Positions 26,715-38,790 of a stretch of DNA of 64,000 nt are shown piece by piece (position 1 is the first letter of the stretch; each line of letters begins with the position of its first letter). The translations under genes and the position numbers were made by a program. The DNA is from Camelus dromedarius (lineage: Eukaryota), in NCBI RefSeq assembly GCF_036321535.1, contig NC_087438.1, positions 13,022,001-13,086,000 on the forward strand, given 5' to 3'. A model generated the notes under the pieces. It saw only the letters and a list, made by a program, of their open reading frames with translations. It was not told where the DNA came from and ran no database searches.

Positions 26715-26977
26715 AAACAGAAAGGGAAATTTATTGAAAGGGTTCCTGGACCACTCATGGTGTTGAAGGAACAACTGAACAGCTGAGCTTTGGGGCTGGT
26801 GCTGGAAAAACCTGGAACTGGTAGCAGAGGTGCTTTTCTTCTCCTCTGTCTGTGTGGCCTCCTCATTCTCTCAAGCAGACTTTCCCCAGGATGTTATACA
26901 TGACTTGTAGTGGCTTTTAGTAAAGCATCATTGAAAGATAACATTCTCATTGTCTCTAGCAATTAAAGAAAGAAAAA

Positions 26978-27045
<68 letters not shown>

Positions 27046-27270
27046 AAAAGGAAAGAAAGAAGGAAAGAAAGAAGGAAAGAAAGAAGGAAAGAAAGCAAAA
27101 GCCCTTCCCAGGGGTGGTCTCTGATTGGCTCTGCTGCATCTTCTGCCCTCCCTCGGATCCTTCCCTGTGGCTACTCGGTGGGTAGTCTATGTGACAGGTT
27201 TGACTTGGGTACTGTGCCCATCTCTGGCCCAGGCAATCTGTGCTCTTATAAGGAGACAGGAGTATCCATG
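26715..27270 (-). mobile_element. Old MLT1(K/J)-like LTR hosting a microsatellite
   Basis: aacagaaagggaaatttattgaaagg...ctctgattggctc, a reverse MLT1 pattern on both sides of the GAAA array. Confidence 0.5.
26965..27095 (+). repeat. Compound (GAAA)n microsatellite with AAGG-AAAG-AAAG 12-mer units
   Basis: Directly visible ~130-bp pure purine tract. Confidence 0.97.
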
Positions 27271-27391
27271 TGTTTAAATAATATACACACTAATTTTCTT
27301 TTTCTTATTGATCCTCCCATGCCCCACCTCCCATTGTACAACTTAATGATACAGCCATAAACATTCTTTACCAATGATCACTGGATCAGCT

Positions 27392-27867
27392 TGTGACCAG
27401 GCTCAGAGTCCTAGCATAGCCACAGGCGGAAAAAGCCTCTCTTAACTGAAGTCATGGGGTAGAAGCTATGATGATGAGACATTATCACCCCTTGCTAGGG
27501 GAGAGGCACGGGACAGATTTTTAAATAGTAGAATAAGTAGAATAAGAAATAGTAGAATAAGAAAACAAGCGGTTTACTTAGCTTCAAGGACAAGGTGCAG
27601 AAATGAAGCTTTGTTCAGCCTCTTCACTTCCTTGAGGAAATACTGGCCAGGGGACTTGCAAGAGCTCCAAGGACCCTCAACGGGCCAGGAGGGTCACTGA
27701 CCCTGAGGACGCTTGGTCAGCCCAGAAAATCTGCAAAGTCACTCACTAGCTTCCTCCTCTATAGCAGGTCCTTGTATATAAAGCATAGAAAGGGAACATC
27801 AAATTAGTAGGTCACACCTTTGCACGTTTTATAGGGTTCATTCCACAGGACAGAGCTCACAATCACA
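27392..27867. mobile_element. Possible ancient LTR
   Basis: TGTGA...TCACA termini, ~475 bp, GC-richer than its flanks. Family not recognised and no TSD found. Confidence 0.35.
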
Positions 27868-30044
27868 AATGTATATAATGTATATGTACCTCAGAAGAGC
27901 AGTCCCAAGAGGGCCTATGATCAGTTTCCCCTTTATGAAGAGAACCTTCGACACCAATCACTACAATACCATTGGAAACTTGGGATTTGCCGGTTTCCCA
28001 TTTTGCCTCTTGGAAAATAGATTTCTTTGCGCCAAAATTCTGAGAAAGGTTGCTGATGGACTAGTTTGGTTTGCATGCTTACTCTTAGATGAGTCATTCT
28101 TTCCATAGAGATCAGAGTTGTGCATGAAGATAACTTTTCTTTCCCCCAAGACCATAAGTAAAATGGATAATGGGGAAGGAGTAGCTTCGGAAAAACAAAA
28201 GGGCAGATTTCTCAATAGAAGGGAGGGAGTCTAGGCGAAAATACCAAGACCAGCTACAGAAGATAGGCTGAAAAGAAACACTGAGAGCTCAAAACACGTA
28301 GAAAAAGCATAAGAAAATAATAGCTATGGACAGAAATTTTACTTATGCATGAAAAGACTCATTTAGGTTTATATAAGCACAACAATTTAAGTTAGGGTCT
28401 TTCAAAGTCATGTATATTTTCTATGAACATCTCAATTAATGAACTGTTTAATTCCCTTTTTCCCCCTAGTTGGCTTAAAAAATATTGTCCATGAAGCTAT
28501 TATTTATTAACTACAGGAGAATTTGACATATCTTATTGCTTTTGTCCTCCTAAAAAGATGAAATAAATTCCCTTGTATTTTTTTACTGTGCATTGTGGAT
28601 GAAAAGAGTTTTTAACTTATCTACTGAACTGATGTAAACATGAGTTTGTTTTCTCAACATTTTTGCATGAATATTTACAGTAAAAAGAAATAATCCCCTT
28701 TAAAGCTTGGATTGAACTATAGCCATCAGATGCTAACCTCACTTAGAAACCATAAATAGTAGTCATTTCATTTAGGAGAGATTCTGGGACACTGTCACAA
28801 AAAGTTACACATATATCTGTAAATCTTTATAATCATCATAAACTCATAAAACAATTTTTTTTAAAAAAAAGAATGTTTTTAAAGATACTTAACAGTTTTG
28901 AAAACTAATGGCATTTAGATAGCTGTTAATTTTAAAACTCATAGCTGTTTGATTTTCTTCTTAAACAGGTGGTAAAAGCCCCTTGCCTAGGGCAAAAATA
29001 GCAGAGAAAAAATTCATCAAAATACCGTCTTCAGCTGGTTTTGAAGCACTAGTGACAGTTCGGCATTGCTTGTGGGCTTGAAGTTCACAGTTGCTCAATC
29101 CCTACTAAGTTGATAAAGGCTAGGAGAAAAGATGTGAAAAGAAATGAGTCGAAGTGTAAAAGCATTTTATTTAGGTCATTTAAAAATATTAAAATTGTCT
29201 GTCAACCTGAATTTTTAACCTATTTCTGTTTGCATCTTGGGACAAAAAAAAAAAAAAAGGGAAACCACATAAAGACAACTAAAGTCATCTGAACATAGAG
29301 CCTCACCTGTATTTCAGAGGCTGGCGGATCCAACGCTTTCACCTTCAGTCTCTCTCAAAGGGGAAGGGCTAAAGAGGGCAGATAAAACTACCAATGATAA
29401 GATATTATCATTTCTGGTTTTCTGGAAGCAGGGATCCAAACTCCAACTTAATTGGAATTTTTCATGAAATTCTTTCAAGACTCATACGGGATTAATCCAT
29501 TTTGATTTCTAATCTGGCCAGATTTCCCAAGTCCTGACTTCAGGTGATGAAAAAATTCCTGCCAGTGTTGATTACATGGAAGTGGAGAAGAAAAAGAGAA
29601 GCCATTCGCTTTGTGTGTGTGAGGAAAGACAATGTCTCATCAATTAAATCAGAAATAGATGCAACCTTTGCAGAAAAGAAGACGGACAAGCAGGGTGTTT
29701 GAGTAACACGGTATTGCTGGAACTCAGGGCAGCGGAAGAACAGCTACCAGGTTTCCAGGAGGTTGGGTTGGAGCCTTTTCAACAGGGTGTCCAGGCAGAA
29801 CTTTTTGCCTTGTTTTCTGGGCTACAAGTGAGCATCTTGGATAATTCTGAATCATAATATTTATTCCTCTGAGTTGGAATCATAGGTTTGTTTATTTTTT
29901 TCTTCAATTATACTGTCAGCTGGTTAAATCCAGGAACTGCATCTTCTAATTTTCTTATCCTAAGGGCATGGTAGGGCCCCCTGCCTTTTTGTTTGTGTTT
30001 TTCATTTGTCAATGACAGCAAGGCCAAAAGATAGAGAGGATTAA

Positions 30045-30125
30045 TGAGTCAAGATCTGTAAAGTGTTTAGAAGAAGGCTGGAATGATAGACTCCATGAAT
30101 GTTAGCAATTATGATCATTATGCAC
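30045..30125 (+). mobile_element. MIR 3' fragment
   Basis: gaggattaatgagtcaagatctgtaaagtgtttagaa...aatgttagc. Confidence 0.6.
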
Positions 30126-31454
30126 TATGATCATCAGGTAGTCATTATTTTTATGACAGATGAAAGATTGCCAGAATGACTTTCTTGATTCCAAAATTAT
30201 GTTGAGTGCAATGGTGGTTCACTTACGAAACTGTGTTTGTGTGAAATAAAGAGACCTGGGAAAGGATTAATTGTCCAATTCATATTACTAATTGTTCATT
30301 CATATAACTTTCTATTTTAAGCCTTGTGAGGAAATGATATTTCCATAAAAATTTTAAATCTCACAAATATTTACTTATATAATCTTGTAACTATACAGAA
30401 TAGGTTAATCATGTTTCAGATGTTCCAACAGGACTTTCATGATTAGAAATCTTACTTGTAAGAATATTAGTATGTCCTCTCCTACACTTACACTTCTCAG
30501 TAATATTCAGATATTATCTTCAAACTGCTTAGGGTGTACATAATCAGTTCTAATTTTTAAAATTGCTTAATTCACCTTATCGTAATTATTTTCATACATG
30601 TATGAAATGCAGTCACATTCAAAAGATAGAGAATATTATGTAATCACGTTATCTACTATGCTTTTCAGTGCCAATGCAAGGTTTGCCTAAATTATCCTAA
30701 CAATTTGGCAGAATGCTTTAATTTATTCAGTTTCCATATTTTTATTTATTAAGCATTGTTTATGTATTCAATAATCTGAATTAATTCCTATGATGTAAAA
30801 TCCACTGAGTTTAATACATAGCATAAAGTTAACAATAATTAACTGATTAACTATAAGGATTTTACACAAGAGGATGGAAGAAATGAGACTGTAGGAAAAA
30901 AGGCATACATGTATAAAATGTTAAGCAATATGAGAAGTAACTGAGCCAAAAATTAATTAAATATATCAATAAATGAAGTAGTAAAGGGCAAAAATGAAAT
31001 AGCATAGGTAAAATGTACTGTTAAGTCATAAAATCTGGGCTTTCTAAGTTTATTTTTATGGAAGAGGAAGGAATATAAAAAGCAAATTCATTCAAATTAT
31101 AAAAAACATGTTTAAGGGCATCCTAGTCATTTTTTATCTGACAAATTGCTAAGAAATTTTATATAAATTGATTTAATAGTTAATAGCTATACTGTTTTTT
31201 TTTTGTGAGGATTTTCCCCAGAAAGTTACTGAAGTTTAAGATACATGACTTGTTTACAATCACAAATCTTTGAAGTTTGTGGAGGTAGCATCCAAATATC
31301 AGATCCTAACATTTCAAAGTCTATATCCAGCTTTTACCACCCTGAAATCTCAGCTGAGATGTGAGGAAATAGCAAAATGTGAAAAGTTAGAGTAAAGGAA
31401 ACAGAGTATTCCAAGGAAAGCAGAATAAGGACTTGAGCCACGTGCAGAATTAAA

Positions 31455-31499
31455 ACACACACACACACAGACACGCACAAGCAGACACACAGACAGACA
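31455..31499. repeat. (CA)n / (CAGA)n microsatellite
   Basis: Directly visible. Confidence 0.85.
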
Positions 31500-32600
31500 A
31501 TAGGTACACACTCTGCTAGGACCTGGGATGCAAAAAGGCAGAGCAGAATTCAAGGAGTGATTGAGGAAAAATACTTAAAAATTATAAGATCAATTTCTAC
31601 AGGTCAAGAAGTCTAGAGGCCCCCTTCAAGAATCACAACCCCTGTGAAAAAGAAGATTCTATGGGTCTACATAGTCAAAAAACTAATCAAATAAACTTGA
31701 GGTCAGACCACAGTGCTCCGTGTCAACACAGGGAGATCTGAAATCTGTAAATGAGGCAATTTCAGGGAGTATCAGTGATTGGAAGGCAAGTCGAGGTCTG
31801 GTCAAGGGTTCAGTTTAGACCACGGGACTGAGTAGCAGTCTCAGAGCACTGGCATCATGAATAAAACAGGAAATTATTTAGAAGCTGTGTGGATAATCTC
31901 CATTTCCCTAGGCTCCTGGAAATATGAAGGACGTTTATCATAAAAGCACTCCCAGCTTCTCATCACACCTCTCACTCTTTCCTCACTACGGAGTGAAGAC
32001 AACTGTCTTATCTGATCAGTGACTTAATCTAGTTTGGAAGAAATACCTGAGCATGCTCTGCCCAGACCTTCCTTTTTCAGAGTCAGTGGAAATTCCAGAG
32101 GAATTCTTTTTTTCCTCTGTATCCAATGACCTACGATTTCACGTGGTCCAAAAGTAAAGCATGAGTGAACTCATTTCTCTACAGAAGCAAAGCTACTTTC
32201 TCTGATGCATGTGTGATAAATAGAGCTGGCATTTTGATCTCCATCAGATCCTGTTTCTCAGAGGTTTTGAATTTGGGGAAGAGGGATATAAATTATTTTC
32301 TCCATACAACTCCAACCGAGGAACTTATATAAGAATGAGTATCGGCCCAGAGCCAAGACTATGTTGTAGATAGAAGTGATCATTGCCTGGAAAATATTGA
32401 TATGTTACATGTTACAGAATTCTTTACAAAAATCTGTACCTATGTATTTATTTTATGGGTTGTACATTGATTGCAAAACAATCATAGGAGGCAAGCTGGA
32501 TAGGAACAGAAATTTCCTGAGTAAGATAACATTTTTGACAAACATGTCATTCATTTTTTTTAAAAAAGTATTTCCTCTTTAGGCAATATATTGAAAACAA

Positions 32601-32767
32601 GAAAGAGGGTACATCTCAGTGGTAGAGTGCATGCTTAGCATACACGAGGTCCTGGGTTCAATCCCTAGGCCCTCCACTAAATAAATAAATAAATAAACCT
32701 AATTACCTACCTCCACCAAAAAAAAAAAAAAAAAAAAAAAAACAAAAAACAAACAAACAAAAAAAAA
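32601..32767 (+). mobile_element. tRNA-derived camelid SINE (Vic-1-like) with A-rich tail
   Basis: tRNA-Ala-like head gagggtacatctcagtggtagagtgcatgcttagcatacacgaggtcctgggttcaatcc. B box GGGTTCAATCC at 32654-32664, then (TAAA)n-cctaattacc and poly(A)/(CAAA)n. Confidence 0.9.
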
Positions 32768-34639
32768 CCGGATTATTCCTACTCTACTGTGGAGTTTTTG
32801 AGAAATGAAACAACAGAGGCACATAGAAATAAAATTTCTACTTAATTTTGATAAAGGTGATTGGAGAAAAAGATATGGACCTATATCCATAAGCAATTGG
32901 CCGCTAGTCCTTCACCTCTGAATTAGACAGATTTGTCCACCCGGTTATTAGCAAACTGAACAGCCTGAAAGTTTCCCTGGGGAGACAGTCTCACACTTCT
33001 AAGAAGACACATTCTTGCTGCAGGTAGGTCAACCGGAAAAGATAGAATCTGGATGAAATATGCTCAAGGTTTTCTCTTCAAATCCAATCAGATATCACTC
33101 TTCCCATGTGAATGAGAAGGTACAGGACTGAGCCAAACAGGGAAGGTTCTCCCTACACATTTTTTGTTCCTTTTTTTGGTTGTTTTCTCCTGTGATCCAG
33201 AGTGAAAGTTCTCTATCATCTATAGACACATGAAGACAGGTAATGTGTTCCCTACCAATAGCCAGTAAGTCAATGGGTGACTTTGAGTTAGTGCTTCTCA
33301 TCCACCTAATTTTTGTCAAGTTCTGTATCCTTCACATATCTGAAAGCTAACTGTTTTCAATTAAACAATTCCTTTACCTTATAGTCATATATATGTTCTT
33401 ATTCACACATTTTAGTGTTTTTGACCACATGTTCACAACTCCACATTTCATTTCAGGAACATTCATGGCTAGAAAGTGTTCTAGTTTGCAAGGCTAATTC
33501 ATAAGTCTAAAATTTTAGTCTAAAAACAGAAGTGTAAAAAATTTTTTTTAAATTTAAAAGTGATCAAAGACTACATCTCATTGCAGATGAACTTGATTTA
33601 CAACTTCAACTTTAAACATGTTGTAAATTATAGGAATAGATAAAAGAGAATGGGAAGAGTTCTTTGCCTCCAAAATCAGAATTATAATGAATTCACTTAC
33701 AGCACTTTTCTGTGTAAGTGAAAATGTGTACAAAGTATGAATTTAGAATCTAATTTTTAAATGAGTTATTTGACCTAAAATTCAATCATAGCCTTAAAGG
33801 TCATTTGAAAATGTGACAAGCAAATACATTGATCTTAAAAGAAAAGTTATGGCTATTAAATGATGTTGCAAAAGATATACAACTTACCAAATTTTTTACA
33901 ATGTCAAGATTTGTAATGACATTTCTCTTTCTGATCTAAAGGAGACTTAACTTCATCCAAAGTGAGCAGAAAAATCGTAGTAGTCATAATTATGTAGCTT
34001 GCTGTATCTTTAATATGGAAGGACATGCCTTATTTGACAAGTCTATACCAGATGGAATGCATTTTTTTTTATAAAAAAAGCTTAAAATGCTAATCTACAG
34101 TCTTGAAAAAAAAGGCTGATATTTTGGTTTGAGACTAACACACCAGGAGATTGCCAAAAGAAATAATTGAATCTTTATCCTTCAGCATATCAACAGTTTC
34201 ATATATCTCCATTTTCAACTCATTTAAAATTCAATTTTGGCAAGTCAAATAATTGAAATCGACTACGTTGAGGAATGTCTATGTTAATTTAGCATCATCA
34301 AGCACAATGTCAGGTTCCAACCATAGTCTCTGACTCCAAGTCTACTATTCCTTCCAGAAATCCAGACCAGTGATTAAAGGCAGATACCAACTCTGCAAGC
34401 ATAAGTTGACTAAGGTTGAAATAGAAAGCCGTACTTAAGAAAAATCTACTAATATCAGAAGATTTTTAGGTAGTTTTCTTAGACGCAATTAAAAACGAAA
34501 TCACCATTATAGGTAGAAGTGGGTTGTGATCTTTGAAGGAATTGGTCAGTTTTATTTCAGTCTTCCTTAAATAGTTTAATTCCAGAGTAAGAAATGAGGA
34601 ATAGATAAGGATAGCAAAATAATTATCCATTGGTCTGCT

Positions 34640-35030
34640 ACTCTGTCTCCTCTAGTCCCTCCCCCAGCAACTCCCCTGCAGCATGCAGTCTTGTTAACTA
34701 GAAGGAAAGGAATGTGATGCAAAAATCACAGACCCTTGGATTACCTGCCCTGGACATAACTGTGCCAACAGGAGCTGAGATAGGCAGAGAGCAGGAGCAT
34801 CGTTTAGGGAGGACACAGGATCTGTAAATACCAATGACCACCTGTTCCCTCTTGCATAAGGTCTCCTTTTGTGCCCTGTGCAAACAATTCCCAAACACTT
34901 ACCTAGATCTCCTATCAAGATATTGAGCTATTCCAATTCACTCTGCTTTAAGTAATTATTTGCTTCATTTTCATATGTTTCTTTTTTCATGCATGAGGCT
35001 TTGTTGAGGATTTATTGTAATTGATACAAC
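34640..35030 (+). mobile_element. Possible ancient LTR remnant (Gypsy/ERV-like)
   Basis: LTR-like composition ending tgtaattgataca. Family uncertain. Confidence 0.3.
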
Positions 35031-36701
35031 TGGATTTGATGACTGCCATTTTAATCTTTGCCAGACCCTCAGCTTTCCTTCAAATGTGCACTCACTTAAA
35101 TCTTGCTTTCACAGAACAAATTTTTAAAAAGTAATGAAACAAACAAACAAAAAAACCCTGAAAATTCTAGCTATTTTCTTTTTCATTGCCTGTTTCTTTC
35201 TATGTCTGACTGAGTAGCATATAGAATAATTTCTTTTGAATTCACTTACTTCACACATCTTAATACTGTAAATAGACATAGAACTTAGAGCTTATTTCCC
35301 TTACAAATAATAAAAAAGAGCTTATTGCTTCTTTATTGTTAAAATCCTCTCCCCTCCCAATATGCCTTTATCAAAGTCCAAGGAGAATTAGGCTAGACTT
35401 AACCTGAAGTATGAGGATGAGGAAATTACTCATGGAGATGAGCCTGTAGGAAAAACAAAGCACAGGATTAACCTTAAAGAAATCTTAGTCCAGGGTTGGC
35501 AGGAGAATTAGACTATAAATCATCTTTTTGTGAATCCATGTATTTTAGTGGAACATAGCTAGAAGTATTACTTGGTTTCAGTTGCATTGTGGACACTTTT
35601 AAATGGAAGGATGACTTGCTTGGAGATAACCGAGAGAAGGGGCCATATTTCTTCACATACACTTTAGTAGGGCAAGAAGTTGGATGCTGAGAAAAGCTAT
35701 ATTCAGCAAAATGGGGGTCTTGGGAATGGCAGCAGCACCATGGATGTAGATATTTTGGGCAGGAAAGTAGGTTAGAACAGAAGAAACTGAGATGAGTGTC
35801 TCAAAGTACTCGTGAAATAGCTCCCTAGGAAGCACTTAAGTTTCTGGGGAAGAATTCGAGGAAGGATACTGCCAATTTATAAAAACTGGAATGGTAAGAT
35901 CTCATAATAATTATGGCAAAAGAAGAATTGGGACTCTATATTTTGTCAGAAGATGTCGAGACTTGGGACTTGAAATTTATGTATGATTTGATTTGGAAAA
36001 CAATTTACTTAGCATTCACCTACATGAGAGATTAGTATAAGAGAAGTCATAAATGTATATGAGGGTTAGCTAGAATTTGGAGGCCCTTTAAGGCCAGAAA
36101 GTGAATTGGCTAATATAGAGGTAGCATGGAAAACAGGAAGTTTTCAAGGCAGAAGAGCAAAGCTCTGAGATTGATTTAACTAACCATTTATATAGATACT
36201 TGGTAGATACGAGTGGAAAAAACAAGGAGGAAGGTGATCCAACCCTGGCACTTGAAGATGCTGACATTGTAGTTCAAGTTACAAAATACAGGCTAAATAT
36301 CTATTAGACTTTGCTTAATCTTAACTATTAATCATAAATTATCTGAATACCAGATGATCTGGAAAGATGCAAAAAGAAGTGATCATTTACTTATACAATA
36401 AATAATTGATTCTAGAAGGCAGTCATGTGGCTAGGTGTCACTGTTTTGAGGTAAGCACTTATTCCTTCACTACTTACCCAAGAAATATTTATTGAATGTC
36501 TTCTGTTAGCCAGGCCAATGCATATGAAATGAAACAGATGACTAATGTAATGAACTGTACAAATAGAGACAAATTTATCTGAATATTTTACTGTAACATT
36601 TTCAGCAACATGTCAGATAGAATTGTTGTTTGTAAAATTCTCATGCTAAAACACATAGCTGGACACACACACACAAAAAGGTAAAAATTTATAGGCAGCT
36701 C

Positions 36702-37133
36702 TACAACTAAGCAAAGGGCTCCTGTGCCCACCGTCAGAAAGCCAAACTCTGACAGAGGGAGTTTACAGTAGTCAGGGTTTATTTGTAGGGCACCAAGGAA
36801 GGGAGAGGCAGACAAGTCTTGGATCCACTCCAGCTTGGTCTCTGAGTTGGGGGTATTTAAAAGAGAAACACAAAGAAGCTGAAGTTGACCATCATTTTGC
36901 GACATTTCTGTGATATTTTTTTCTTAATCACAGTTGCAGAGTCAGGATGTCTCTGATTTACAAATTTCTGGCCACGTGGTCAATGGCTCGGGGGTCTGTT
37001 ATCTCCTCTTGCCCTAGAGAAACCACCTGAGTTTGTGAGTTAAGGATGATATCTGTAATAGCAATGATAGTACATTAATGATGTTATCGACAACAGCAAT
37101 TTTAGTCATATGACTCTGCTTGATTAGCTTACA
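36702..37133 (-). mobile_element. Class I ERV solo LTR
   Basis: Minus strand starts TGTAAGCTAATCAAGC. AATAAA (plus strand tttatt, 36778-36783) lies downstream of a TATA-like tttaaatac (~36853-36862). The far terminus is degenerate. Confidence 0.75.
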
Positions 37134-37329
37134 GTTAGCACAGGATTGAGGTCAGAGGGGACAAGAAGGACAATAAAGTTTTGGGTAGAAAGAACAAGCA
37201 TAAACTCTGTAAGGGAACTCGGTTTTATGGGGACTCGGTTTTGGTTCAACTCCGTGAAGGTGTGTGATTGCACAGCAAGTGGCAGAACAGGGACTAAAGA
37301 CTTCCATTTATGAGACAACCAAGTAGATG

Positions 37330-37794
37330 TAAGTATAACTAAACACCTTGGACATTAAATATATGACAAACATAAGAAGACAGAAAACTTGGGAGAGGAA
37401 AAAAGCAGACTGGTAAGGGCCTTGGGGTTAAGGAACAACATGGTGGTGAGTTTTCTGGAATTTCTTTTGCCTCCTTCATCCTAAAGAAGTCAGCAAGTTA
37501 GAAACACCAGTAGGCACAGAGAAGGAAAGCCTCAGCAAAAGTCTGCTCTCTCTAGCTGGAGGACTATGAAGGGCACACAAGAAAGATGAAGAATTTTTAG
37601 ATACTAACAAATCCATCGAACCCAATCACCATAGAAATAGACTCTACCCAACTCCCACCCCAGCCAACAAAAGCTGAGTGGGGACCCTAAAATTCCAACC
37701 TTGCCAGGCTGTAATGAGGAGGCTCTCTCCTCTTTAAAGTCCTTCCCTCCCCCACTGGAGTGGTATCAAAGAAGGATGAGTTGTAAGCAAGGAG

Positions 37795-37833
<39 letters not shown>

Positions 37834-38790
37834 TTATATATATATATATATTTTTTTTTTTTGGCAGAGAGATAGGCACATAGCACAATGGTGCAGAACA
37901 GAGAATCAAGAAACAGACCTGCACAAATTGGTGCAACTTATTTTTCACAAAAGCACAGGCAATTCAATGGAAGGGAGACAGCTTTTTCAACAAATGATAC
38001 TGAAGGAATCAGACATCCATAGACAAAAAAAAATATGAATCTTGACCTAAATCTTACACATTATACAAAAATAAGCTCAAAATAGATCACGCAGTAAAAT
38101 GTAAAACATCAAACTTAAAAACTTTTAGACAAAAGAGAAGAGGACAAGCTTTTCAGGATCTCGGACTAGAAGAAAGTTCTTATACCAAAAGTATGACCCA
38201 TAAAAGAAAACAATTAACTCCCAGGAAAAATGCATCCAAAAATAAAAGTAAAAAAGAAAGAAAGAAATACTTAAGACCTGCTGCCAAGTACGTGTACGAG
38301 ACTAAACTTAACACACCTAAAAGAAGAACGCCGAACTGAGGTGGGAACAAAAACAAACCGAAAAACAAACAAAATGGTCCAGGTCCTGGTCCACAGGAGC
38401 ACCAGTTGAAACAAGCACAGAACTTTATAAGGGTGGGCAGGCGAAGAATAATTCCCAACGAACTGGAAGCTGAGGAATTCTCAGGACTCCCAAATTGCTG
38501 GGTATATTTGAATTCCGAACAGAGTTAGAGAAACCTCAAAACACATGGGGGTAATTATGAAAGGCACCAGAATACTTATGCTTTAGTGGTAGGGCTAGGT
38601 TACTTTGGGACCTCCAAACACCACCACCACCAACTTGGGGAAAAAAAAAAGAAAAAAAAACTTTGGAAGAGATCAAGCTGATCTACAAGTAATTTAACTG
38701 TCTGTTGAAATAAATTTAATAATATTTCAAAGATAAGAGACAAGTCAAATATTCAAATGATAACATTCTCAATGTTCAGCATTTAGTTAA
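37330..38790 (+). mobile_element. Rearranged L1MC-type fragments (5'UTR, ORF2 piece, further 5' sequence)
   Basis: 5'UTR-like at 37330-37790. ORF2-like caattcaatgga...tttttcaacaaatg...tatacaaaaataagctcaaaatagatca at 37865-38300. 5'-region-like gagatcaagctgatctacaagtaatttaactg at ~38670. Confidence 0.7.
37797..37862. repeat. (TA)n microsatellite followed by a T run
   Basis: Directly visible. Confidence 0.95.

Noticed and set aside
26950..27360. 136-aa ORF with KERK repeats
   Set aside because: It is the translation of the (GAAA)n microsatellite plus MLT1-like sequence, with a TTG start.
27524..27563. Short tandem duplication (aaatagtagaataag)
   Set aside because: Ordinary local slippage duplication with no further structure.
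32605..32677. tRNA-Ala gene
   Set aside because: The acceptor stem and A box are degenerate, and it runs into a SINE tail and poly(A). It is a SINE head.
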